Shown here piece after piece: positions 1 to 9,292 of a stretch of DNA of 64,000 nt. Numbering within the stretch: position 1 is the first letter of the stretch; each line of letters opens with the position of its first letter. Position numbers and translations under genes: made by a program. Location: assembly GCA_963773065.1 (NCBI GenBank), contig CAVYZN010000032.1, forward strand, positions 128,001 through 192,000. The letters are read 5' to 3'. The DNA is from an uncultured Gammaproteobacteria bacterium (lineage in GTDB: Bacteria; Pseudomonadota; Gammaproteobacteria; UBA9214). The notes below the pieces were generated by a model. That model searched no databases and was not told where the DNA came from. It saw only the letters and a program-made list of their open reading frames with translations.

Positions 1-1596
1 GCCGGTCATCGCCACCAGGCGGCCCTCGGCCTGGTACTGGCGGATGAGCGTGAGCTTGGCCTCCGGTGTCGCCTCGGCGAGGAAGTCGTCGACGCCGGCC
101 TCGGCGGCGATGGCCGCGGCGGTCAGGCGGTTATCGCCGGTGATCATCACGGTCTTGATGCCCATGCGGCGCAGCTCGGCGAAGCGTTCCTTGATGCCGC
201 CCTTGACGATGTCCTTGAGCTCGATCACGCCGAGCACGCGCGCGCCGTCGGCGACCACGAGCGGCGTGCTGCCGCGCCGCGCGACATCATCCACGAGCTG
301 AGACGCTTCCTTGGGGAAAGTGCCGCCGTTCGCTTCGACGTGGCGGCGGATGGCATCGCCGGCGCCCTTGCGGATCTGGCGCATCTCATGATGACTTGCG
401 CTTTCGCTTGGGAGATTGACGCCGCTCATGCGCGTCTGCGCCGAGAACGGCACGAAGGTCGCGCCGAGCTCGTGGATGTTGCGTTCGCGCAGATTGAAGC
501 GCTGCTTGGCGAGCACCACGACGCTGCGCCCCTCGGGCGTTTCGTCGGCGAGCGAGGCGAGCTGCGCGGCATCGGCGAGCTGCTGCTCGGTCACGCCGCG
601 CACCGGCAGGAAGGCCGCCGCCTGGCGGTTGCCGAGGGTGATGGTGCCGGTCTTGTCGAGCAGCAACACGTCCACGTCGCCGGCGGCTTCCACCGCGCGT
701 CCGGAGGTCGCGATCACGTTCGCGCCCAGCATGCGGCTCATGCCGGCGATGCCGATGGCCGAGAGCAGCGCGCCGATGGTGGTCGGGATCAGGCACACGA
801 GCAACGCCACCAGCGCGGTGATCGTGACCGGCTGCCCCGCCCCCGCCGCCGCCACGGAAAACAGGGAGTAGGGCAGCAGCGTGACGGTCGCGAGCAGGAA
901 AATCAGCGTCAGCGCCACCAGCAGGATGGTGAGCGCGATCTCGTTCGGCGTCTTCCTGCGCTTCGCGCCCTCGACCAGCGCGATCATGCGGTCGAGAAAG
1001 GTTTCGCCGGGATTGACCGTGACGCGCACCACGATCCAGTCGGACAGGACCGTGGTGCCGCCGGTGACGGCGGAGAAGTCGCCGCCGGACTCGCGGATCA
1101 CCGGCGCGGACTCGCCGGTGATGGCGCTCTCGTTGACCGAGGCGGCGCCCTCGATCACCTCGCCGTCGGCCGGGATCATGTCGCCGGCCTCGATGAGCAC
1201 CACGTCGCCGCGCCGCAGTTCGGTGCCCGGTGTGAGATCCACTTGGGCGCCGTAGCGCGGCTCGCGCAGCTTCCTCGCTATCACGGCCTTCTTGGCGCCG
1301 CGCAGCGCGGCGGCCTGGGCTCGGCTGCGGCCCTCGGCCAGCGCCTCGGCGAAGTTGGCGAACAACACCGTGAACCACAGCCACAGGGTCGTGACGCCGA
1401 TGAACCAGGCCGGCGCTTCGCCCTGGCCTGCAAACACGGCCTGCAGCCACAGACCGGTGGTGAAGATGGCGCCGACGTACACCACGAACATCACCGGGTT
1501 CCTGAGCTGGACGCGCACGTCGAGTTTACGGAAGGAATCGACCAGGGCCGGTTTGACCAGGGTCGGATCGAACAGGGAAAGTTTCTTTGTCGTCAT
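1..1596 (-). CDS. kdpB: K+-transporting P-type ATPase subunit B (3' end outside window)
   Basis: Manual translation from ATG at 1596: [37 protein letters not shown]; TGES and DKTGT motifs; downstream of kdpA. Confidence 0.95.
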   Translation of the reverse strand, partial: MTTKKLSLFDPTLVKPALVDSFRKLDVRVQLRNPVMFVVYVGAIFTTGLWLQAVFAGQGEAPAWFIGVTTLWLWFTVLFANFAEALAEGRSRAQAAALRGAKKAVIARKLREPRYGAQVDLTPGTELRRGDVVLIEAGDMIPADGEVIEGAASVNESAITGESAPVIRESGGDFSAVTGGTTVLSDWIVVRVTVNPGETFLDRMIALVEGAKRRKTPNEIALTILLVALTLIFLLATVTLLPYSLFSVAAAGAGQPVTITALVALLVCLIPTTIGALLSAIGIAGMSRMLGANVIATSGRAVEAAGDVDVLLLDKTGTITLGNRQAAAFLPVRGVTEQQLADAAQLASLADETPEGRSVVVLAKQRFNLRERNIHELGATFVPFSAQTRMSGVNLPSESASHHEMRQIRKGAGDAIRRHVEANGGTFPKEASQLVDDVARRGSTPLVVADGARVLGVIELKDIVKGGIKERFAELRRMGIKTVMITGDNRLTAAAIAAEAGVDDFLAEATPEAKLTLIRQYQAEGRLVAMTG

Positions 1597-1606
1597 AAGG
1601 GTCACC

Positions 1607-3404
1607 TCAGTTTCCGGACCACAGGATCAGATGCTCGACCGCCGGCCCCAGGGCCAAAGCCGGCACATAGGTCAGCGCGCCGACCAGCAGCACCGTGCCG
1701 ACCAGGAGACTCACGAACAGCGGCCCGTGCGTCGGCAGGGTGCCGGGTCCGTGCGCCAGGCGTTTCTTCGCGGCGAGCGAACCGGCGATCGCCAGCACCG
1801 GGACGATCACGGCGAAGCGTCCGAACCACATGGCCACTCCGAGCCAGCCGTTATAGAACGGCGTGTTGGCGCCCAGGCCCGCGAAGGCGCTGCCATTGTT
1901 GTTGGCGGCGGACGAGAACGCGTACAGGACCTCCGAGAAGCCATGCGCGCCCGGATTGAAGATGGTCGCCTTGCCGCCGCTCGCCAGCACCCCGATCGCG
2001 GTGCCGAGCAGCACCAGCGCCGGGGTGGCGAGAATCCCGATCGAGACCATCTTCATGTCGAAGGATTCGATCTTCTTGCCGAGGTATTCCGGCGTGCGAC
2101 CGATCATGAGCCCGGCGACGAACACCGCCATGATGGCGTAGAGCAGCATGCCGTACAGGCCCGAGCCGGTGCCGCCGAACACGACCTCGCCCAGCTGCAT
2201 CATGCCACATCGGCACCAGGCCGCCGAGCGGGGTGAATGAGTCGTGCATGGCGTTGACCGAGCCGTTCGAGGCGAGGTGGTCGCGACCGCCCACAGCGCC
2301 GAGGCGCCGATGCCGTAGCGGGTCTCCTTGCCTTCCATGTTGCCGCCCGGATTGCAGCGCGCTCGCCGTCTGATCGGCGCCGAGCTTGGCGAGCAGCGGA
2401 TTGCCCTGCTGCTCGAACGTCGTGGCCGCGATTTCCGCGCCGACGAAGATCACCGTCATCGCCGCCAGCACCGCCCAGCCCTGGCGGGTGTCGCCGACCG
2501 CCCTGCCGAAGGTATAACACAGCGCCGCCGGGATCAGCAGGATCGCCAGCATCTCCAGGAAGTTGGACACGGACGTCGGGTTCTCATACGGATGCGCGGA
2601 GTTGACGTTGAGGAAACCGCCACCGTTGGTGCCGAGCATCTTGATCGATCCTGCGAGGCGGCCGGCCCCATGGGCAGGGTCTGCTGGGTCACGGTCAGGG
2701 TTTCGGTGACCGCCTGGCCCGCGGCGTCCTTCACCGGCTGCCCGGCGGCGTCGAGCTTCGGCGCCTCGTAGGTCGTCGGTTCGAGCGTGGTGACCTCCTG
2801 GTAGGCGGAGAAATTCTGGATCACGCCCTGGCTCACCAATACCAGCGCAAAGACAAACGACAGCGGCAGCAGCAGGTAGACCGTGATGCGATAGAGATCG
2901 GCCCAGAAGTTGCCGATGGTTTGCGCCGAATGGCGCGCGAAGCCGCGGATCAGGGCGTACACCACGGCGATGCCGGTCGCGGCCGAGACGAAGTTCTGCA
3001 CCGCGAGCCCGAGCATCTGGGTGAGATAGCTCATGGTGGCCTCGCCGCCGTAGCCCTGCCAGTTGGTGTTGGTCACGAAGCTGATGGCGGTGTTGAAGCT
3101 CGAGTCCGGCGTGACGTTCGGCATCTGCTGCGGATTGAGCGGCAGGCACGACTGCAGGCGCTGCAGCGCGTACACCACGATGAATCCGACCAGGCTGAAC
3201 ACCAGCACCGCCAGCGCGTACTCGCGCCAGCTCATTTCCTCGCGCCCGATGCCGCACAAGCGGAACACGCCGTTCTCGAGCCGCGCGAGCGGCTGCCAGC
3301 GCGGCGCTTCCATCAATTTGGCCATGTACAGGCCGAGCGGCTTGACCGCCGCCAGCAGCACGAGCCAGATAAACCGCCAACAGCAACCAGGATTGGGTGG
3401 TCAT
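1607..3404 (-). CDS. kdpA: K+-transporting ATPase subunit A (several frameshifts, probably sequencing indels)
   Basis: ORF pieces contain [38 protein letters not shown] and [13 protein letters not shown]. Confidence 0.93.
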
Positions 3405-3494
3405 TTAGAAGTCCTCCGCCTTGATCAGGGCGTAGACGAGATAGCCCAGTAACAGCACCGCGACCACGGCGCCGATCACGTAGATCGCACTCAT
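3405..3494 (-). CDS. kdpF: KdpF small subunit, 29 aa (MSAIYVIGAVVAVLLLGYLVYALIKAEDF)
   Basis: Manual translation; YLVYALIKAEDF signature; stop abuts the kdpA ATG; GGAGG RBS upstream. Confidence 0.9.
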   Translation of the reverse strand: MSAIYVIGAVVAVLLLGYLVYALIKAEDF

Positions 3495-3498
3495 GTTG

Positions 3499-3591
3499 TC
3501 ACCTCCGCGGCATCAGCCGATCGCAACCGACCGCAAGCCCGACGAGTATGAGAAAGAACACGCCAGCCAGCGCGCACCAGATGATGTCCAT
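3499..3591 (-). CDS. 30-aa hydrophobic peptide upstream of kdpF (MDIIWCALAGVFFLILVGLAVGCDRLMPRR)
   Basis: Manual translation; GGGAGGG RBS; one TM segment; stop 4 nt before the kdpF ATG. Confidence 0.7.
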   Translation of the reverse strand: MDIIWCALAGVFFLILVGLAVGCDRLMPRR

Positions 3592-3667
3592 AGTCCCTCC
3601 CGATTGAATGATCCGACCCATAGGATAGGGGTCCGGGTATTAAATCGACGGAAAGAATACGGCCAAC

Positions 3668-3686
3668 GGTATAAAAAAACTGTAAA
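3668..3686 (-). promoter_or_regulatory. KdpE-binding box
   Basis: Minus strand TTTACAGTTTTTTTATACC (TTTA-N7-TTTA) upstream of the kdp operon; resembles the E. coli KdpE site. Confidence 0.7.
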
Positions 3687-3875
3687 CGCCGCCGGCATGC
3701 CCGGGGCCCGACCGGCGGGTTCGAAAGGAGAACTACCCCGCCGCGCCGCTGTTCTTGCGGTGTGTAAGGGACTCGAAAAGAGCGGGGGTCTTTCCTGGGC
3801 GGGTCAGCAGCCTGGAGAGTGATATTAAGAAAGGGAAAATACCGAGACCATCACAAGTAATGCCAGGGATCCGGG

Positions 3876-4370
3876 CTAGCGTGGATTTTTTTCAAGCCAC
3901 TCCCGCGCCAGTTTCACGGCCTCCGCGATTTCGGCCGAGGTCATGTGGGCGGCTATGATTGTCCGGTTCTCTATGGCCGTTTTCTCTCCGTTTGCATCCG
4001 CGATATCGAACCACATGTGGGCCATGACATAGTCCTGCCGTACCCCTTGCCCGTGGGCATACAGGTAGCCCACATTGTTCTGCGAACCCGCGATGCCTTG
4101 TTCAGCGGCGGTAAGAAAACATTTCATCGCTTTCTCGTAATCCCGATAAACGCCATATCCGTTGTAATACATGACACCCAGATTATGGAGCGCCTCTATC
4201 TCGCCGCTGTCGGCCAATTGCTGGTATTCACGGAATGCCGTCGCATAGTCTCCGTTTCTTTCCGCGGCAACCGCCTCATCCCAATCGCCCGAGACCTGAC
4301 AAGATCCGGCCAGCATGAGGCCGAGGGTTAGTGTTCTGATGATGTTAAGTCCGTGTTCGCTGGAAGACAT
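3876..4370 (-). CDS. Sel1-repeat (SLR/TPR-like) exported protein
   Basis: ALHNLGVMYYNGYGV and SQNNVGYLYAHGQGVRQD repeats; N-terminal hydrophobic stretch. Confidence 0.85.
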   Translation of the reverse strand: MSSSEHGLNIIRTLTLGLMLAGSCQVSGDWDEAVAAERNGDYATAFREYQQLADSGEIEALHNLGVMYYNGYGVYRDYEKAMKCFLTAAEQGIAGSQNNVGYLYAHGQGVRQDYVMAHMWFDIADANGEKTAIENRTIIAAHMTSAEIAEAVKLAREWLEKNPR

Positions 4371-4533
4371 GGCTTGTAGTGATGGTTCAACGTTTGGTTT
4401 GAGTCATCGGAATGCCGCCGCCGGCATAATCATGGGCGCGGCGACGGCGTTTCAGCGGCATCAGGATTATTTCCGCCACTGGTTTACCACGTTATTTCAT
4501 GGTTACCGGTTGGTATATTGTCCTTTGGTACGT

Positions 4534-4635
4534 GACGTGCAGGGACGCACTAATGCCGCGGGCGCAAGGATGCGCGGGAGCGGTGACGTGCAGGGACGCA
4601 CTAATGCCGCGGGCGCAGGGATGCGCGGGAGCAGC
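4534..4635 (+). repeat. Two tandem copies of a 51-bp REP/MITE-like unit (GACGTGCAGGGACGCACTAATGCCGCGGGCGCA...GGAGCGG)
   Basis: Direct 51-bp periodicity; same family at 14612, 14918 and about 36065. Confidence 0.85.
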
Positions 4636-4681
4636 GCGGCTGGTGTCAGATAAGGCATGCCTGCTGCTACACTGGCGCGCC

Positions 4682-6112
4682 ATGACCCCCGACACCCGCT
4701 ACCCCGGCCTTGCCCGCAGACCGCTGCCGCGCTTTCCCGGCTGGTGGGCGGCGCTGGGGCCGGGCATCGTGTGGATGGCGCTCGCCCAGGGCAGCGGCGA
4801 GCTGATCTGGTGGCCCTATATGATCGCCAAATACGGGCTCGCCTTCCTGTTCCTGCTCATCCCCGCCTGCCTGCTGCAGTATCCCCTCAATCTGGAGATC
4901 GGCCGCTACACCCTGCTCACCGGCGAGAGCGTTTTCCACGGCTTCTTCCGCCTGAGCCGTACGCTGGGCGTGATTTTGTGGCTGCTGATGACGCTGTCGT
5001 TCCTGTGGTTCGGCGCCTTCGCCTCCGCGGGCGGCACGGCGCTCGCCGCGCTCACGCATTTCCCCGCCGGCTGGAGCCCGCGCGCGCAGACCCTGTTCTG
5101 GGGCTATGCATCGATCGCCGTGTTCGTGCTCGCGGTGCTGTTCTCCGGCGTGGTCTACACGCTGGTGGAACGCTTCATGAAGGGCGTGGCGATCATCACC
5201 GTCGCGGGACTGCTGTGGGCCTGCCTGCAGCCGCAGGTGCTGGAGGCGACGCCCGCGTTCCTGCAGGGCCTGCTGGGTCCGCCGGGCGCCATGCCGCGTC
5301 CCTGGGACCCGGCGGACGCCACCAAGCTGCTCACCGCCATCACCTTCGCGGGCCTGGGCGGCTTCTGGATCCTGTTCTATTCCTACTGGCTGCGCGACAA
5401 GGGCGCGGGCATGGCGGCGCACATCGGGAGGATCACCGGACCCATCGTGGGCAAGCCCGAGGCGGTGACGGCGGACGGCTACCTGCCCGAGGACACTCCC
5501 GCGGCGCGCGCCGAATGGCGGCGCTGGAACCGCTATCTCGGCGTGGACGCGTTCATCGGCGTGGGCGGCAACCTGCTGACCACGCTGCTCACCTGCCTGC
5601 TCGCCTATGCGCTGCTCTTCCCGCAGGGCCTGCTGCCGCAGGACTATGAGCTTGCCGTGGTGCAGAGCCGCTTCTTCGAGGTGAGCTGGGGCGAGGCGGG
5701 GCGCATCCTGTTCCTGCTGGTGGCGGCGGCCTTCCTCACCGACACCTGGCTTGCCACCGCGGATGCGGTGAGCCGCATGCAGGCCGACATCGTGCAGATC
5801 GTGTTTCCGCGCGCGCGGCGCCTGGCGCAGCGCCAGTGGTACTATGTATTCTTCGCGCTGCTGACCGTCGTCACCTGCCTCACCATGTTGCTGGACGCGC
5901 CCGGTCCGCTGATCCTGACCAGCGCCGTGATCGGCTTCGCGGGCACGGTGATCTTCCCGGCAGCGCTGTACCTGTTGAATCATCGCCGCCTGGCGCCGGC
6001 GCTGCCGGCCTGGGCGCGCCCGGCGCCCGGCACGCGCTGGCTGCTGGGGATCGCCTTCCTGGCCTATCTGCTGCTGGCCATCGCATATCTCTACGTAACG
6101 CTGCGCGGCTGA
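4682..6112 (+). CDS. NRAMP-like / APC-superfamily membrane transporter
   Basis: LGPGIVWMALAQGSGELIWWP, EIGRYTLLTGES; many TM segments; start placed at ATG 4682 after the repeats. Confidence 0.75.
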   Translation: MTPDTRYPGLARRPLPRFPGWWAALGPGIVWMALAQGSGELIWWPYMIAKYGLAFLFLLIPACLLQYPLNLEIGRYTLLTGESVFHGFFRLSRTLGVILWLLMTLSFLWFGAFASAGGTALAALTHFPAGWSPRAQTLFWGYASIAVFVLAVLFSGVVYTLVERFMKGVAIITVAGLLWACLQPQVLEATPAFLQGLLGPPGAMPRPWDPADATKLLTAITFAGLGGFWILFYSYWLRDKGAGMAAHIGRITGPIVGKPEAVTADGYLPEDTPAARAEWRRWNRYLGVDAFIGVGGNLLTTLLTCLLAYALLFPQGLLPQDYELAVVQSRFFEVSWGEAGRILFLLVAAAFLTDTWLATADAVSRMQADIVQIVFPRARRLAQRQWYYVFFALLTVVTCLTMLLDAPGPLILTSAVIGFAGTVIFPAALYLLNHRRLAPALPAWARPAPGTRWLLGIAFLAYLLLAIAYLYVTLRG

Positions 6113-6145
6113 CCGGCGCCGCGGCCATGGACCGCAGACATGTGA
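5329..6145 (+). repeat. Copy 1 of an ~815-bp direct duplication (copy 2 at 8172-8990)
   Basis: Constant offset of 2843 through the CDS; about 15 substitutions counted by eye, mostly synonymous. Confidence 0.92.
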
Positions 6146-6256
6146 TAGGTAGGGTGCCGTTTCACCAGCGCGGAGGGGTATGAGATTCCCAGGCCGGCAA
6201 GTCGTTCTTCATATGTCGAGGTGGCGGCGTAGGGTGGCACAATAAATCTGTCACCT

Positions 6257-6472
6257 TTATTGCGGGTACACCCGGTCGGCGAGCGCGCCGTAGAAGCGTT
6301 CGCACAACCGGTGGCGTACTTCCTGTTGCGACAATCCGGGCGGGAAGGAGGCAAGCGCCAGCGTGCGCGCGGTTTCGAACAGGCTCGCGCCCATGGCGAT
6401 GCGTTCAGCGCCGGTGAGCGCGCGGTAGCGCTTACGCAGGTAGCGCTCGACTTTCGGGGTGGTGTCACGCAT
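6257..6472 (-). CDS. Small helical protein coupled to the nucleotidyltransferase (putative TA partner)
   Basis: 71-aa ORF whose start overlaps the upstream stop. Confidence 0.65.
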   Translation of the reverse strand: MRDTTPKVERYLRKRYRALTGAERIAMGASLFETARTLALASFPPGLSQQEVRHRLCERFYGALADRVYPQ

Positions 6473-7010
6473 GCCGGCATTTCTCCATTAACGCCGCCAC
6501 GCCGAGGCGCGCGGCCCACTCACGCAAATATTCATCATCCGCTCCCGAGGCGAGCAGGTTGCGCACGTCACGCAGTTGCAGTTCCGACGCGGAATCCTTG
6601 GCCCAGACAAGCTTGGAAAGAATCAGGTCCTCCTTGGCTGCGATCCAGGTGCGAAAACCCGGAAGCTCGACCGACCGGCGGCGGGCGAACTCGACCCGGC
6701 GGTAAGCCTCGTCCTTGCGAACGATGACATCCACTTTAACCACGCTCTCGATATGAACCAGATTGAACATGCCTTGTAACCGGATCGCCTGTTCCAGATC
6801 GGGTGGTACGTAGTAGTCGGACTCGAACAGCGCCTGCAATCGCGGTGCATCGGCGGGATCGATCGCGACGACAAGATCGATGTCACGCGTCATGCGCGGC
6901 TCGGCGTAGTAGTTCATGGCCACCGACCCGGTCAACATGTATTCGATGCTCGCCCTTTCCAGCCTGCCGCCGACGTCCTGCAACACCTCCAGCTCAGTCA
7001 GCATTTCCAT
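6465..7010 (-). CDS. Nucleotidyltransferase-fold protein (putative TA component)
   Basis: MLTGSVAMNYYAEPRMTRDIDLVV gives a GS...DxD motif; EDLILSKL...DVRNLL C-terminus. Confidence 0.8.
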   Translation of the reverse strand: MEMLTELEVLQDVGGRLERASIEYMLTGSVAMNYYAEPRMTRDIDLVVAIDPADAPRLQALFESDYYVPPDLEQAIRLQGMFNLVHIESVVKVDVIVRKDEAYRRVEFARRRSVELPGFRTWIAAKEDLILSKLVWAKDSASELQLRDVRNLLASGADDEYLREWAARLGVAALMEKCRHA

Positions 7011-7120
7011 GAGTTGCCATTTGTATCGTATTATTCTTTGGCGAAAATCGCGTAGCGTTTTTTTTTCATCTGGAATTGCCTGTTGCGTGGTGTAACTTTA
7101 CATGCTCACAAAAAACATCG

Positions 7121-7462
7121 CTAAACATCATCTACATAAAGACGTTTTCCATATGAAAATCCGCTCAGCTTCCCTTCAGAGATCATTCGTTCTATATCCT
7201 CAATTGTTAAATCCCTAGAATCGGCGTACGATTCTACGAGAACCGGATTGGTTAAATATTGTGATGCTTTCCGTAAACCAAGCATATCCGCCGGAACAAG
7301 GATCCAATTGAATCCACCTACGAATGCACCATATAGCAAGATCTTTACAAAGCCAAATGTGCGCATGCTACTTGCTTCTGAATGTAATGAGTCGGCAATA
7401 ACTGCAAACAGTGAAAATGCGACAATTGTATCGACAACAAGCCGGCAGGGTGGTATCTGCAA
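7121..7462 (-). CDS. AT-rich hypothetical membrane protein
   Basis: 113-aa ORF in a low-GC stretch with hydrophobic segments; no family recognised. Confidence 0.4.
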   Translation of the reverse strand: MQIPPCRLVVDTIVAFSLFAVIADSLHSEASSMRTFGFVKILLYGAFVGGFNWILVPADMLGLRKASQYLTNPVLVESYADSRDLTIEDIERMISEGKLSGFSYGKRLYVDDV

Positions 7463-7512
7463 GGGCTGATGCAGGCTGGGGAGCGCAAGAGCGTGGAGCC
7501 GATGGCGGCGCG

Positions 7513-8074
7513 AGTAAAGGAAGAATAAACGCCCTTTTCCCCCAAGTCCACGGGTAGTTCACAGGCAACACGCAGCCATTCGCCCTCTCGCTGTCCACGA
7601 AATCGGTCGGAATTTTACCACTGCCGGGGAAATCATTCCCTTTCCTTCTCTCCCTTCCCTCAATCTCTGGCCGATTCCGGCCAGCAGGCAAACCGATACC
7701 CTACCACTTCTGCAAAGTCGTCAACTCGAGTTGAATAGTCGGTTTTTTAGGTTCAGTCTAACAGGCCCACTTGCCTGCTTGTGCGTTGCATGCTGACCGG
7801 CGGCGGCGCACGGCTTTGGGGTAATGGCATCGATTCTGTTGCGGCGGCTTTTTCGTTCAGGTGGGTAAGTATTTTCTTGAGGGCCTGCCCCACGAAGTGC
7901 TTTGGGCATTACCACCGGATCTTCGATGCAGGCAAGAGCCTGCCCCGCGAGCGCAGCGAGTGCTTTGGGCATGATCCTGACCGCGCCACCGCATGCGTGG
8001 CAGGTCTCGATGTCGATGTCGATTAAAGGCCTACTTTTGGTGAACACCCGCTTGAGGCGTTGTGCCGAAGTCAT
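7513..8074 (-). mobile_element. IS91/ISCR-family remnant: 3' end of the transposase plus oriIS
   Basis: MT(S)AQRLKRVF..IDIETCHACGGAVRI..ACIEDPVV C-terminal motif; minus-strand GAAAAGGGCGTTTATTCTTCCTTTAC at 7513-7542 resembles ISCR oriIS ends. Confidence 0.85.
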
Positions 8075-8175
8075 CGAGGCGCGTCGCTTGGCGAGCCGCG
8101 CAGCGCCCCGAGCAGGCCCTTGAGGAGATCGATGGGCGTGGGCGGGCAGCCGGGGATCATCACGTCCACGGGCTC
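8071..8175 (-). pseudogene. C-terminal fragment of a NuoB/HyfI-type Fe-S small subunit
   Basis: PVDVMIPGCPPTPIDLLKGLLGAL matches the conserved PVD..IPGCPP motif; no upstream part present. Confidence 0.7.
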
Positions 8176-8955
8176 ACCGCCATCACCTTCGCGGGCCTGG
8201 GCGGCTTCTGGATCCTGTTCTATTCCTACTGGCTGCGCGACAAGGGCGCGGGCATGGCCTCGCACATCGGGCGCATCACCGGACCCATCGTGGGCAAGCC
8301 CGAGGCGGTGACGGCGGACGGCTACCTGCCCGAGGACACCCCCGCGGCGCGCGCCGAATGGCGGCGCTGGAACCGCTATCTCGGCGTGGACGCGTTCATC
8401 GGCGTGGGCGGCAACCTGCTGACCACGCTGCTCACCTGTCTGCTGGCCTATGCGCTGCTCTTCCCGCAGGGCCTGCTGCCGCAGGACTATGACCTTGCCG
8501 TGGTGCAGAGCCGCTTCTTCGAGGTGAGCTGGGGCGAGGCGGGGCGCATCCTGTTCCTGCTCGTGGCGGCGGCCTTCCTCACCGACACCTGGCTCGCCAC
8601 CGCGGATGCGGTGAGCCGCATGCAGGCCGACATCGTGCAGATCGTGTTTCCGCGCGCGCGGCGCCTGGCGCAGCGCCAGTGGTACTATGTATTCTTCGCG
8701 CTGCTGACCGTCGTCACCTGCCTCACCATGTTGCTGGACGCGCCCGGTCCGCTGATCCTGACCAGCGCCGTGATCGGCTTCGCGGGCACGGTGATCTTCC
8801 CGGCGGCGCTGTACCTGTTGAATCATCGCCGCCTGGCGCCGGCGCTGCCGGCCTGGGCGCGCCCCGCGCGCGGCGCGCGCTGGCTGCTGGGGATCGCCTT
8901 CCTGGCCTATCTGCTGCTGGCCGTCGCATATCTCTACGTAACGCTGCGCGGCTGA
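8172..8955 (+). pseudogene. 5'-truncated second copy of the NRAMP-like transporter
   Basis: Near-identical to 5329-6112; lacks the N-terminal ~215 codons. Confidence 0.9.
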
Positions 8956-9058
8956 CCGGCGCCGCGGCAATGGACCGCGGATATGCGAATAGAAATGGGC
9001 CACATTTTCCGTTGAGATACTAAGGTCCTTCCTTGATATAGCAACTTTGCAGGGGCAC

Positions 9059-9174
9059 GCGGTCCGGGATGGGCTTGCCGGAACACGCCGTGAATGCATC
9101 GCCTGGACGGCTGGGCACCCGAGCCGTACAGGGATGTATTCACGGCGTGTTCCGGCAAGCCCATCCCGGACCGC
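9059..9174. repeat. Long REP-like inverted repeat (37-bp perfect arms)
   Basis: GCGGTCCGGGATGGGCTTGCCGGAACACGCCGTGAAT and its exact reverse complement. Confidence 0.85.
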
Positions 9175-9292
9175 ATGACAGGTGATGGTCTTGAAAACAG
9201 GGGCAAGGAGTTTGTAAGGCAGGGGTATCAAACGTGGTCTGTCCCCGTGGGTTTGTGGTATAAGTCGCACACTTTCCAATGGAGCGACGATC

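Noticed and set aside
340-1959. Long antisense ORFs (e.g. 340-1959, 4667-5983, 24470-26041, 46113-47573)
   Set aside because: Shadow frames of high-GC genes on the opposite strand; no recognisable motifs.
4534-4635. CRISPR array or true N-terminal protein repeat
   Set aside because: The units are contiguous with no spacer, and the same unit occurs dispersed elsewhere as an insertion.
6150-7500. Integron cassette array
   Set aside because: No intI gene and no convincing attC sites; the ISCR-plus-duplication model explains the layout better.
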